Source of the DNA: Candidatus Woesearchaeota archaeon
GTDB taxonomy: Archaea; Nanobdellota; Nanobdellia; Woesearchaeales; SKGA01
Direction: 5' to 3'
DNA length: 64,000 nucleotides
Assembly: GCA_016926395.1 (NCBI GenBank)
Contig: JAFGOT010000035.1
Coordinates: 692 to 64,691 of the forward strand
Shown here: positions 54,605 to 63,940 of the stretch, in pieces
Layout: each line of letters opens with the position of its first letter
Position numbering within the stretch: position 1 is the first letter of the stretch
Made by a program: the position numbers and the translations under genes
Notes under the pieces: model-generated
What the model saw: only the letters and a program-made list of their open reading frames with translations
Told to the model about the DNA's origin: nothing
The model's database searches: none

Positions 54605-57388
54605 TTATTGTTCACTACTTAAATTTACTTTGTAAACAATTATTCTTTGACCTGTAAAGTCTGTTATGTCGCTTAGTACTTCATAACCTTTCATCCCAAC
54701 ACCTTCAAAGAAGAACAATCTTGTAAACGCTCCCGTTCCCATTACAGTATCGCTGATTATTGCTTTTACTCCTTTTGGAGTATTCGCAACCGCTAATTCG
54801 TAGTCAAGTGTACTGCTTGGTATTTGGTATGTTTTTGTTTCTTCTTCAGTTATTATGCTAACTTCTTTTGGTACTAAAGAATCACCACTACCAACTTTTT
54901 GGTTGCCGTTATATAGTCCAATACTGATTTTTGTGTTTAGAGGATTATTCTTTGGAATTGTCGCTGTTTCCATAACGACTTGTCCGCCTTGTTGTTGTCC
55001 TATGACTTGGTTAATTGAACAAGTATACTCTGTTGCTGTTTCTTTACATGATTTTGCATTTGCGGTCACGTAATTTGGCCAAGGGCTAATCCAGCTATCA
55101 ACCGATCTACTATCTGCAAGAGTATTGATTTCATAGTACATATTGTTTAAAGTATCTTCATCATATGGGCTTTGTTCTAATAATATTTGAAGTGCTTTGT
55201 CGTACGGTTTATTTTTGAATGTGTTGTATACGAACGCTTTATCAAAATCCCAACTTCCAAAGTGGGCCCAAACGCCTGCTTTTCCTACCATGTCTTGAGA
55301 TGTGATGTAGTATTGATCTAAAAGTTCACTATCATCGCAATGAGTCTTTTCTAACACGCTGTTTGCTTCGCTTTCGCTAAGACCTATTCCCAAAAGATTT
55401 GCTTTTGCTTCATCTTTTGTTTGGTAGATTATTTCATTTATTTTTTTACTTGCTAAATAACTGTTATTTGTATATTCAAATATTCTCTCATATCCTTTGT
55501 TTTGACCGCAGTTAAGCATTCGAAGAATTGCTTTGTTTTCAGTTAGATTTTCAGTCATTAAACTTTTTCCAACCCAATATATTCTCTTGCCTTGGTCTCC
55601 ACCATCAAATGTTACTCTTGTTTCTGCAACATTAACAAACCAATGTCCAAAATCCCACCAACTAGTTATTATTCCGTCATTAGTGTCATTTTTAATTGTT
55701 GTCAGACTGTTATACCATGCATCGTTCATACTTGGAACTTCACCTATTGCTACTGCATTAGCAGATTTTATTGGTGCGATAAATAATATTAAAATCAAAA
55801 CAATTAGTGTTATTTGAGTTGCGATTTTTGGTATTTGCATACTTTTTTTTATCCACACACTTCCTTTTGTCCATAGTATTCCAAAGAATACTCCAAATGC
55901 AATTGCGAAAGGTGCTGCAAGTAATGCTATGAATCTTGATGCAATAACTCCCATTATTGCAATTCCAATAAACCAAAATGTTAACAATGCTGCATATCTT
56001 ATTTCTGGTTTTCCACTTTCTGTTTTTATGAAAAAAGTTAGTAACACTCCAAGAAGACCTATGGTGAATAATACTTTACCACCAACTGAGGCGATAACTT
56101 GCGCCCAGCTTCCTGCATTTAGCTCTGCCACTGTTGTTAAAACGTTTGGCCAGATGTTGCTTCCTGTTGCAACGTTTTTTATGTGGAGGGCCATTATAGG
56201 TCCTGCAAGCATTTGTTTTGTCGGTTCAAATATGTTTTGAACGAATGAATTGTTACTAACTGATGTCAGTCCTACAATTGCCAGTATCAATCCTGATATT
56301 AATAGGAACGAGATACCAACTATTATTGCTTGTCCACCACTTGTTTTTGTTATTTCTTTGAAGTTTTTACTGTTGTATTTATTCCATTCTTTATTGATGA
56401 TTAATGAGTATATGAAATGAACTCCTAAGACTCCTAGTAATAAACTTCCGATGTACCACCAGTATGACCAACTGTATCTAAATAAAACAATCCCTATTGC
56501 TGATATGCTTGTCCAGATCATTTTTTGTTTTATGTCTTTTGCTGTCATTGCTTCAAGGGCTGTCCAGGCAATTAGAAGTGGGAACATTATTATGTATGAA
56601 TCCGTATCTGAAAATCCTGCAGGTGTCCTGCCAAGTAGTGCGGTGTTAAGTGCGATTGCTAATCCTGCTACAAATCCTGCTACATTCCCGCCTATTTTTC
56701 TTGCTAAGAAAAAAGCAAAAATAATTGCTAGTGATATAAGAATTACAGGCAAGATGAACATTGCTCTTTGTAGTGTGAAATCTTTATTGAATATTGATCC
56801 TATTTTATGTACTAATACTCCTAATGCTGGATGAATACTAAATCCTGTTGGTCTTGCTTCTCGGCCGTTTCTTAGACTAAAGCTTTGTTTTCCATCTACT
56901 ATTTCATCTCCTTGAAATCCGTTTGCTTCTATGTTTTTTGCTTGTGAATACCATAAATATGGGTCTATTGCCAGAAGATATGTGTTGTCGTTTTCATCTT
57001 GTAATTGTGATTTAAAATATTTTGACGTTTGTTCTACTTGTTTGTTATAATCTTCCTTCTGGGCGGTTATAACTTTGTCTACTTCTTCGTTGATTAGTTG
57101 CTGTTTTTGTGCTGTTGGGAGATTTGGATATTGGCTGCTTACTTGACTACTTACTTGGCTTGATATTTGATTTTTTATGCTATCCTCGGCCCATTTATCT
57201 GTTGCTGGTAAGTCTGACGGGTACATCCTAAAAAATGTACTAAGTCCTATTGCAACAAGGATTAATACTACAATTAACCATTTCTCGTTTTGTTTGTTTT
57301 TAAAGAAATTAACTTTTCCTGTTTTGCTTTCTTCAGTAGAATTGTTTGTTTTTTGTTTTTTTTCGTGCTTTGTATGTCTCTTTGCCAC
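54605..57388 (-). CDS. aglB: Archaeal oligosaccharyltransferase AglB (STT3 family)
   Basis: 927 aa. N-terminal multi-TM domain with GFSDTDSY (DxD), catalytic WWDFGHW (WWDxG), and a large C-terminal soluble domain. Confidence 0.95.
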   Translation of the reverse strand: MAKRHTKHEKKQKTNNSTEESKTGKVNFFKNKQNEKWLIVVLILVAIGLSTFFRMYPSDLPATDKWAEDSIKNQISSQVSSQVSSQYPNLPTAQKQQLINEEVDKVITAQKEDYNKQVEQTSKYFKSQLQDENDNTYLLAIDPYLWYSQAKNIEANGFQGDEIVDGKQSFSLRNGREARPTGFSIHPALGVLVHKIGSIFNKDFTLQRAMFILPVILISLAIIFAFFLARKIGGNVAGFVAGLAIALNTALLGRTPAGFSDTDSYIIMFPLLIAWTALEAMTAKDIKQKMIWTSISAIGIVLFRYSWSYWWYIGSLLLGVLGVHFIYSLIINKEWNKYNSKNFKEITKTSGGQAIIVGISFLLISGLILAIVGLTSVSNNSFVQNIFEPTKQMLAGPIMALHIKNVATGSNIWPNVLTTVAELNAGSWAQVIASVGGKVLFTIGLLGVLLTFFIKTESGKPEIRYAALLTFWFIGIAIMGVIASRFIALLAAPFAIAFGVFFGILWTKGSVWIKKSMQIPKIATQITLIVLILILFIAPIKSANAVAIGEVPSMNDAWYNSLTTIKNDTNDGIITSWWDFGHWFVNVAETRVTFDGGDQGKRIYWVGKSLMTENLTENKAILRMLNCGQNKGYERIFEYTNNSYLASKKINEIIYQTKDEAKANLLGIGLSESEANSVLEKTHCDDSELLDQYYITSQDMVGKAGVWAHFGSWDFDKAFVYNTFKNKPYDKALQILLEQSPYDEDTLNNMYYEINTLADSRSVDSWISPWPNYVTANAKSCKETATEYTCSINQVIGQQQGGQVVMETATIPKNNPLNTKISIGLYNGNQKVGSGDSLVPKEVSIITEEETKTYQIPSSTLDYELAVANTPKGVKAIISDTVMGTGAFTRLFFFEGVGMKGYEVLSDITDFTGQRIIVYKVNLSSEQ

Positions 57389-57722
57389 GTTTTACCACCC
57401 ATTATGAGCATTATTTTATACTTCCTTTGCTATTTGCTTTCCATTTATATCTTTTTGGTGTTTTTTTGATTTTTTGAGTTGTATTTTTTCTTTCTTGATT
57501 TTCTAATTAGGCACTATTTTTCATTTCCGTGATTCTCTTTGAAATGTCTGATTTGGCCAGTTTCAGAAGTTGTGTTTATTAATTTTGCGTTAGCTTTTTA
57601 TCTTTTCTTTGTTTTTCACTATTTTTCCTGTTGGTGTTTATCTTTGTATTTATAAATAGGACTTCGTTCGTGTTGTCCTAGCACGGTAGTTACATACAGA
57701 AAGATTTAAATATTAGTTGTAT

Positions 57723-57736
57723 CTACTATATAGTAG
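57723..57736. promoter_or_regulatory. Perfect 14-bp palindrome just downstream of a TATA-like box, in front of the surface operon
   Basis: CTACTATATAGTAG (7 of 7 pairs), with TTTAAATA at 57705-57712. The first ATG of the operon is at 57786. Confidence 0.4.
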
Positions 57737-57785
57737 TGTTCGATATTCTTATCGAGTATTTCATAAAAAGAGGGTTGAAATCAAA

Positions 57786-58310
57786 ATGGAAAAAAATTAT
57801 CTTGCGCTAGATGCGCAGTCTAAAAAAATGGCTAAATTAAAGACATATCTTATTGGCGGCGCTATTGCTCTAGGTACTGCTGGAATCATGTATTTCGCAA
57901 TGAAAAACAATTCTAAAGAAACGCCTGTAAATTACAACAATAATATTCCTGCTGTTATCATTAATGGTAGTAATATTGATGTTAATGCTCCTATCACTGT
58001 AATTCAAAATCAAACAACTGTCTCTGATGGTAGTGCTTTAGTAATTACTGCTCCGTATCATGTTGGAAATTCTTCCTGTGATTCTTGTTATACTTTAACT
58101 AATCCTGTTGATACTCTTCCAGCTGATGATCTTACTAAAAAAGTAATAATTAACACTGAAAAAAAAGAAGAAAAAAAGAAAGAGAATAAGAAAAAAGAAA
58201 CTAAAATTATTTCTTCAATCGACGATTGTGTTGGCGGAAAAGATCTCTTTCAAGATTCAATTTTGTTAAATGATCTTCAAAAATCTCTTTACGAGAATCA
58301 AATTAATTAA
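57786..58310 (+). CDS. N-terminally anchored small surface protein (paralogue A)
   Basis: Single TM (LIGGAIALGTAGIMYFAM), a beta-rich ectodomain with VITAPYHVGNSS, and a Lys/Glu tract. ATG at 57786 was chosen. Confidence 0.6.
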   Translation: MEKNYLALDAQSKKMAKLKTYLIGGAIALGTAGIMYFAMKNNSKETPVNYNNNIPAVIINGSNIDVNAPITVIQNQTTVSDGSALVITAPYHVGNSSCDSCYTLTNPVDTLPADDLTKKVIINTEKKEEKKKENKKKETKIISSIDDCVGGKDLFQDSILLNDLQKSLYENQIN

Positions 58311-58323
58311 TGGGGAAATTAAA

Positions 58324-58686
58324 ATGAAACACGATAAAAATTCAAAACAAAATTATTTTACTAGATATGTTTTACCTATTGCAGGCGGTCTTGCAGTTGG
58401 TGGTGCAATTGTTTTTGGTGCTATGAAATATAATCAAAAAAATGTTACTGATTCATACACTCCTTCTGTTGAATTAGGTCACACTATTGATGCACCTATG
58501 ATTAGTTCTCCTGTAAATCAATTTTATGTTGATAAAACTTCTAATGTTGTAATTACAGGAAATTTTAATGTTGGTAATAATTCAGGTAATGCTGAAAAAA
58601 ACGTTCCAACTTCTAGCAACGTCAAAATAACTAATGGCTCTCTTGATGTTGTTGTTAATGATTCTTTAGTAATGGTGAAAAAATGA
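58324..58686 (+). CDS. N-terminally anchored small surface protein (paralogue B)
   Basis: Single TM (VLPIAGGLAVGGAIVFGAM) and VVITGNFNVGNNSGN. The architecture matches the preceding gene. Confidence 0.6.
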   Translation: MKHDKNSKQNYFTRYVLPIAGGLAVGGAIVFGAMKYNQKNVTDSYTPSVELGHTIDAPMISSPVNQFYVDKTSNVVITGNFNVGNNSGNAEKNVPTSSNVKITNGSLDVVVNDSLVMVKK

Positions 58687-59864
58687 AAAAATCAAACAAA
58701 TTCAGAAATGCTGTTCTTGGAACTGCTGCAGGTTTAGGTATGCTACTTGCTACTTCATGTAGTACTCAAAAAATGACTTCCACTTATGGTCTTCCAACAA
58801 CTCCGATTGTTGATAATGTTCAAACAGAACAAGTTTCACAACTAGATACTCTTCCAGTATCTAATGGTGTTAATTACTTTACTGATGCTGTTGTTGAAGA
58901 AGAAAATAATAATGCTGAAACTTCTGAATTTGGTACACGTCTAAATGCAAGAAAAGTTATGAACGAACAAGAATTAAGAGATTTAAGAAAAACTCTTTAT
59001 CCTGTTAATACTAATCTTAATTTAGGTGCACAAAATTTATATCTTAAACCAGTTCTAGCTGCAAATGGTGACACATTAAATTTTGTTCTTGGTGCTGTTT
59101 CACCAGATTACAAATGCACTCAAATTTCTAAAGAAGAAGGAGTTGATTTACTTAACAGAAACAAAAAAACACCTTCTAAGAAAGTGGTTACTAGTAATAC
59201 TTTCACTGGTGAGCCAGTTAAAGTTAACTATGACAATAATAAATTTGGTGTTGGTATAAATCCAAAATTTGCTTTTGGCAATGGTTTTGGTCTAGCTGCT
59301 GATGCAAACATTTTCAACTTTTTAGTGTCTGTTGAATCTCCTTTATACAGTACTGATTTTTCTAGTAAAATAAATTCTTTAGATTCTTACGAAAATCAAA
59401 CTGAAAGAAGACAAAATGGAGATATGAATCTTACTTATGTTATTACTACAACTGATCACAAAGGATTAGCAACTCAAGATTTTGGTTGGGGTTTTGGCGC
59501 TGGTTATCAATTACCTATTGGCAATTGGAGATTAGGTCTAACTGCAAACGGAAAAAAATCTACTGTTAACATTTCCGAATCTTCAGAAGAACTTTCAAAA
59601 GAAGTTTTCTCAACTATTGGTGATGTTCCGCAAGGTCCTGAAGATGCAACTCTTTGGTCTGAGTCTAACTCTACATCCCATTCTGGTTGGTACTTGGGTG
59701 GAACAGCAAGAGTTTCTTATGTTCTTAAAAATGGTTTAGAATTTGGTGTTAATGGAAGTTTATTAGCTCCTTTGAAAGGGGTTAAAGAATTTGACTTTAA
59801 TAGCGCAAAAATTCAAACTGATAATTTAACCAATCTTGGTTTTATGGTGAGATATAACTTTTAG
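58683..59864 (+). CDS. Lipobox-containing protein whose C-terminal half resembles an outer-membrane-type beta-barrel
   Basis: The signal LGTAAGLGMLLATSC has a Cys at the lipobox position. The C-terminal ~215 aa has alternating-hydrophobic strands (FGVGINPKFAFGNGFGLAA, FGWGFGAGYQLPIGNWRLGLTA, GWYLGGTARVSYVL, LEFGVNGSL) and ends in NLGFMVRYNF. Confidence 0.6.
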   Translation: MKKSNKFRNAVLGTAAGLGMLLATSCSTQKMTSTYGLPTTPIVDNVQTEQVSQLDTLPVSNGVNYFTDAVVEEENNNAETSEFGTRLNARKVMNEQELRDLRKTLYPVNTNLNLGAQNLYLKPVLAANGDTLNFVLGAVSPDYKCTQISKEEGVDLLNRNKKTPSKKVVTSNTFTGEPVKVNYDNNKFGVGINPKFAFGNGFGLAADANIFNFLVSVESPLYSTDFSSKINSLDSYENQTERRQNGDMNLTYVITTTDHKGLATQDFGWGFGAGYQLPIGNWRLGLTANGKKSTVNISESSEELSKEVFSTIGDVPQGPEDATLWSESNSTSHSGWYLGGTARVSYVLKNGLEFGVNGSLLAPLKGVKEFDFNSAKIQTDNLTNLGFMVRYNF

Positions 59865-59876
59865 GGGAACTAAAAA

Positions 59877-62498
59877 ATGAAAAAATTACTACTTTCAATG
59901 TTTTTTCTTTTTGTTCTAACTTTATCTTTAGCTTCAGCTATTACTGTAAGCATGGTCTGGGATGACAATGGTGTTTACGGTACTGATCCTATTAATTTAG
60001 AACAAGGGGAAACAGCTCAATATATTGTTGATGCGTACACTACTGCAGGTCCAAATGCAGGTTACGACCACTTAATTGGAGTGGACTTGTATGTTCTTGA
60101 AGCAGATGATTTAACTCAGATTGTTCAAGTTATTTCTCAAGAGACCCATCTTTATAGTCTTGGCTATGCTAATACTTTAGATACTTCAAGTTTACCTGTT
60201 GGTGACTACACTCTTGCTGCTATTGCAACTGATTATGATGATACTTATCCAAATGGTGGTAATAGACAAGATACTGCAATTCTGAATTTTAGTGTTCTTA
60301 TGCCAACATATGCTCCTGTAATGCAAGAAGTAGTAATTAATCCTGCTAATCCAACAATTGCAGATAATTTAACTGGAACTTGTATTGCTACAGATGCTGA
60401 TTCAACTAATGTTATGTATGAATATCAATGGGTTCAAGTAATTCCTATTAGTGCTGTAGAAACAACTTCTTATTATCCACAAAATACTGTTGTTCCTGTT
60501 AATGGAATTGATTCTTCTCAAACAAGTTTAAATCAAGTTTGGGAACTTAGATGTAGAGCTTTTGATGGTGCTCTTTATAGTAGCTGGATGAGTACATCTG
60601 TTACTATTGCTGATCTTCCACCACAAAACAATGCACCTGTAACTCTTTTTTCATTCATCTTACCAAACACACCTGGAGACGATGATATGCTTAGTGGTTA
60701 CTGTTCTGCTTTTGATGCTGATGCTGATGCTGTTGCATTCAATTGGGCTTGGTATCAAAATGGTGCTGTGGTTTCACAAGGTATTTCAAATTATTTCACT
60801 GATTTGTCTGGACCAATACAAGTTTCTAATTATAGTGAAACTTTCACTAATGTTGGTGATGATTTCATCTTTGCTTGTCAAGCATATGATGGTCAAGATG
60901 CTGGTGCATGGCTTAACAGTTCAAACGTAACTATTTCAGGTGGTTCAACTGGTAATGTTGCTCCTGTTAATTTAACTGTTTCAGTTCCTTCACAATTAAA
61001 CAGTACTCAAGATCTTCTAGGGACTTGTGTTGCTGATGATGCTGATGGAGATTTATTATATTACAACGCTAGATGGTACTTAAATGGAGCTTTCTTCTCA
61101 GGAACAAGTTCTATTCCTTTAGCACCTGGAGTTGCTTTTAGTGCATCCATGCCTGCATCTTACACTTCTGTTGGTGATGTTTGGACTTTAAGTTGTGATG
61201 TTACTGATGGTCAAGTTACTGTTGGTCCTGTTTCTGGTTCAACTTTGATTGTTGATGGGACTGGTAATAACAACGCTCCTGTTAATTTAACTGTTTCAGT
61301 TCCACCTCAAGTTAATGATGCACAAAATGTCATTGCTACTTGTGTTGCTGATGATGTTGATGGTGATTTGCTTCATTATGGTGTTGAATGGTATCAAAAC
61401 GGCGTTTACCTTATTGGTTCTAGCTCCGGTTGGATTGCCTCTGGAGTTGACTTTACTGCTACTCTTTCATCTGCTTTCACTTCTGTTGGTGATAATATTA
61501 CTATTAGTTGTGAAGTTACAGATGGTCAAGATATTGTTGGTCCTGTTAATGCTTCAACTAGTATTGTAAGTAACGGTGGTTGTTTAACTAATCCTGTTGC
61601 AATTATAGCTGGCCCTACAACTGTTGACGCTAACACTTTAGCAAGTTTTGATGCAAGTGGTTCTGTCGCTTCGAATTGTGGAACTATTGTTTCCTATGAT
61701 TGGAATGTGACTTGTGGCTTACAATCTGTTGTTTTTAGCGGTGTTACTTTCAACTATACTTTTGCTACTTTAGGTGATTGTTCTGTTGAGTTAACTGTTA
61801 CTGATGATAGTAATTTAACTGCATCCGACGTGCTAAATGTTACGGTTGTTAACCCTTTTGCACAAGGACCTACTGCAATAATAAAAGCACCTCAATTTGT
61901 TAACAAAGGTGAAGAGTTTGTAGTTCATGGATTTGATTCAATTGCACCTGCTGGTGAAGAAATTGTTTCATATCAATGGGTAGTTACTAACAGTTTAGGA
62001 GTTGTTGTTGCAACTTACTCTGGTAAAATGCAATATCCTTTATTTGATGTAGCTGACCAATATACTTTCACATTAACTGTAGAAGATACATCTGGAGACT
62101 TAGACTCTGCAAGTAAAATTGTTACTGTAAAAGAGCCTGAAGCTGCTGATGAAGACGATACTTTTAAAATAAAAGACAAATTACAAGTTAGTTCAATCCA
62201 CTTGGAAGGCTCTGCTTTCGAACAGGTTTCTCCAGATGGTTTGCTATATGTAAGTGTTGTTGTTAAGAACAATTTCGACGAAAGAGTTGATGACGTTCAA
62301 GTAACTTTCTTGTTACCTGAGCTTGGTCGATTCAAAAGTTCAACAAGTTCAATATCTTCTGGAGATAGTAAACGATTCACTGTTTTAGTGGATATTCCTT
62401 ATGATTTTGAGGAAGGTTACTATTACCCTGAAATTATTGTAGATGCTGATCAAGTCGATAAGAGAGTTAAAATCTCTTATTTCGAGGTTGTTAACTAA
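59877..62498 (+). CDS. Large secreted adhesin-like protein: 4 tandem Cys/DxDxD Ig-like repeats, 2 PKD-like domains and a CARDB-like C-terminal domain
   Basis: Signal peptide (LFVLTLSLASA). The repeats have the pattern TC.A.D.DGD...W..NG...VGD....C...DG. PKD-like segments are (FDASGS...VSYDWNV...LTVTDD) and (VSYQWVV...LTVEDTSGD). Confidence 0.8.
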   Translation: MKKLLLSMFFLFVLTLSLASAITVSMVWDDNGVYGTDPINLEQGETAQYIVDAYTTAGPNAGYDHLIGVDLYVLEADDLTQIVQVISQETHLYSLGYANTLDTSSLPVGDYTLAAIATDYDDTYPNGGNRQDTAILNFSVLMPTYAPVMQEVVINPANPTIADNLTGTCIATDADSTNVMYEYQWVQVIPISAVETTSYYPQNTVVPVNGIDSSQTSLNQVWELRCRAFDGALYSSWMSTSVTIADLPPQNNAPVTLFSFILPNTPGDDDMLSGYCSAFDADADAVAFNWAWYQNGAVVSQGISNYFTDLSGPIQVSNYSETFTNVGDDFIFACQAYDGQDAGAWLNSSNVTISGGSTGNVAPVNLTVSVPSQLNSTQDLLGTCVADDADGDLLYYNARWYLNGAFFSGTSSIPLAPGVAFSASMPASYTSVGDVWTLSCDVTDGQVTVGPVSGSTLIVDGTGNNNAPVNLTVSVPPQVNDAQNVIATCVADDVDGDLLHYGVEWYQNGVYLIGSSSGWIASGVDFTATLSSAFTSVGDNITISCEVTDGQDIVGPVNASTSIVSNGGCLTNPVAIIAGPTTVDANTLASFDASGSVASNCGTIVSYDWNVTCGLQSVVFSGVTFNYTFATLGDCSVELTVTDDSNLTASDVLNVTVVNPFAQGPTAIIKAPQFVNKGEEFVVHGFDSIAPAGEEIVSYQWVVTNSLGVVVATYSGKMQYPLFDVADQYTFTLTVEDTSGDLDSASKIVTVKEPEAADEDDTFKIKDKLQVSSIHLEGSAFEQVSPDGLLYVSVVVKNNFDERVDDVQVTFLLPELGRFKSSTSSISSGDSKRFTVLVDIPYDFEEGYYYPEIIVDADQVDKRVKISYFEVVN
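60312..61571 (+). repeat. Four tandem ~100-codon coding repeats inside the adhesin gene
   Basis: The repeats cover about aa 146-246, 251-354, 359-459 and 466-565. The last two share long identical DNA strings, for example CTCCTGTTAATTTAACTGTTTCAGTTCC at about 60961 and 61276. Confidence 0.8.
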
Positions 62499-62633
62499 TC
62501 AAGAGGGACGTTTTGTCTCCACTTGAAAATGGTTAATATTCGAAACATTTAAATAAGCCTATATGTTCTTTGGACATAACTAAGGCTTGATATTAATAAA
62601 TAAACGCAAGTAAAAGTTTAGGGAGGATTTAAA

Positions 62634-63923
62634 ATGAATACAAAATTATTAACAATTTTGTTTGCGGTCTTCACTCTAGTATCTATGGGTGTTGTAGTGG
62701 CTGCTCCAAGCAATGCGACTGTTGATTTAGAAGTTTTATCTTTAGATATTAACGGTCATGAACAAGGTCTTTTCGGCAACGATCTAAATTTAGAAGTAGC
62801 TCGTGGTGAAAAATTAGATCTTGAATTAGAACTAGGAACATTAGCAGATGTTTCTGACGTACAAGTTTCCGCTATGATTGGTGGTTATGAATACAGTAAT
62901 TATGAATTTGACAAAGTCTTTGACATGTCAAGAACATTTAACTTACAAGCAGGAGACAAAAAATTTGTTTCACTAGAACTTGAAGTTCCAGTAAACATTG
63001 ATCCTGATTACGCAAAACTGTACATTGAAGTACACAGTCGAGATGAACTTCGACAATCTTATTACTATGAACTTAACATTGTTAATGTAGAAAATGGTAA
63101 TGAAGTTCTTATTAAAGATGCATACCTATCTCCATCCAGTGAAGTAATGGCTGGACGAGCATTAACTGCTACTGTTCGAGTAGAAAACATCGGTCAACAA
63201 GACTTTGATGATGCAACTCTTTTAGTAAAAGTTCCAGCACTTAACATTCAAGCTGTTGAAACTATTGAGAATCTAGAAGTTGGCGAAAAAGAAACTTTTG
63301 AAGAATTAGTTTTACGTTTCCCAAAAGATGCTCAACCTGGAGATTATGTTGTTGAATATACTGTTAAATACGATGAATATGAATCCGTAACTAAAACTGC
63401 TGTTGTTCACGTTTCTGAATGTGCAGATGTAACTTGCGGTGCTGCTGTAAAAGAAAATGATGTTGTAACTCAACTATTCTTTGACAGTGAAAAAATCGTA
63501 GATGCAAAATCCGGTGCAACATTCCCAATTATGATTCAAAATACTGGAAACAGCCAAAAAAGTTATACTTTAGCTGTATCAGGTGTTGATTCATGGGGAA
63601 CTGCTACTCTTAGTGAAGGCTCTTTAGTTGTAGTACCTGCAGGTGCAATGGTTCCTGTTTACGTACATGTTGTTGCTAACGACAACGCTGCAGCTGGTGA
63701 ACATTCATTCTCAGTAACTGTTGCAAGTGATGGTGCACAAGATGTACTTCCTATGAAAGCAGTTGTTACCGAAGACGGTAGCAAAGACCGAAGCGGTCTA
63801 CAAAAAGCATTAGAAATTGGTCTAATTGTTTTAGTTGTTATCTTAATCCTTATTGGATTAATCATTGGCTTCAACAAGCTACGTGGTTCTGATGACGACG
63901 AAGACGCAAAGACTTACTACTAA
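62634..63923 (+). CDS. Candidate S-layer/major surface protein with a C-terminal TM anchor
   Basis: Signal peptide (FAVFTLVSMGVVVAAPS), CARDB/NEW3-like beta-sandwich segments, the TM IGLIVLVVILILIGLIIGF and an acidic tail. A strong SD (GGGAGG) and TTTAAATA at 62548-62555 lie upstream. Codon choice differs visibly from neighbouring genes, which suggests high expression. Confidence 0.75.
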   Translation: MNTKLLTILFAVFTLVSMGVVVAAPSNATVDLEVLSLDINGHEQGLFGNDLNLEVARGEKLDLELELGTLADVSDVQVSAMIGGYEYSNYEFDKVFDMSRTFNLQAGDKKFVSLELEVPVNIDPDYAKLYIEVHSRDELRQSYYYELNIVNVENGNEVLIKDAYLSPSSEVMAGRALTATVRVENIGQQDFDDATLLVKVPALNIQAVETIENLEVGEKETFEELVLRFPKDAQPGDYVVEYTVKYDEYESVTKTAVVHVSECADVTCGAAVKENDVVTQLFFDSEKIVDAKSGATFPIMIQNTGNSQKSYTLAVSGVDSWGTATLSEGSLVVVPAGAMVPVYVHVVANDNAAAGEHSFSVTVASDGAQDVLPMKAVVTEDGSKDRSGLQKALEIGLIVLVVILILIGLIIGFNKLRGSDDDEDAKTYY

Positions 63924-63940
63924 GCTTTCCGTTAGGGCTT

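Noticed and set aside
60682-61569. Alternative-frame ORFs (60682-60930, 61315-61569) inside the adhesin gene, rich in Leu/Met/Val
   Set aside because: They are a frame-shifted reading of a repetitive GAT/GCT/GTT-rich coding region. The main frame encodes coherent repeated domains with a signal peptide.
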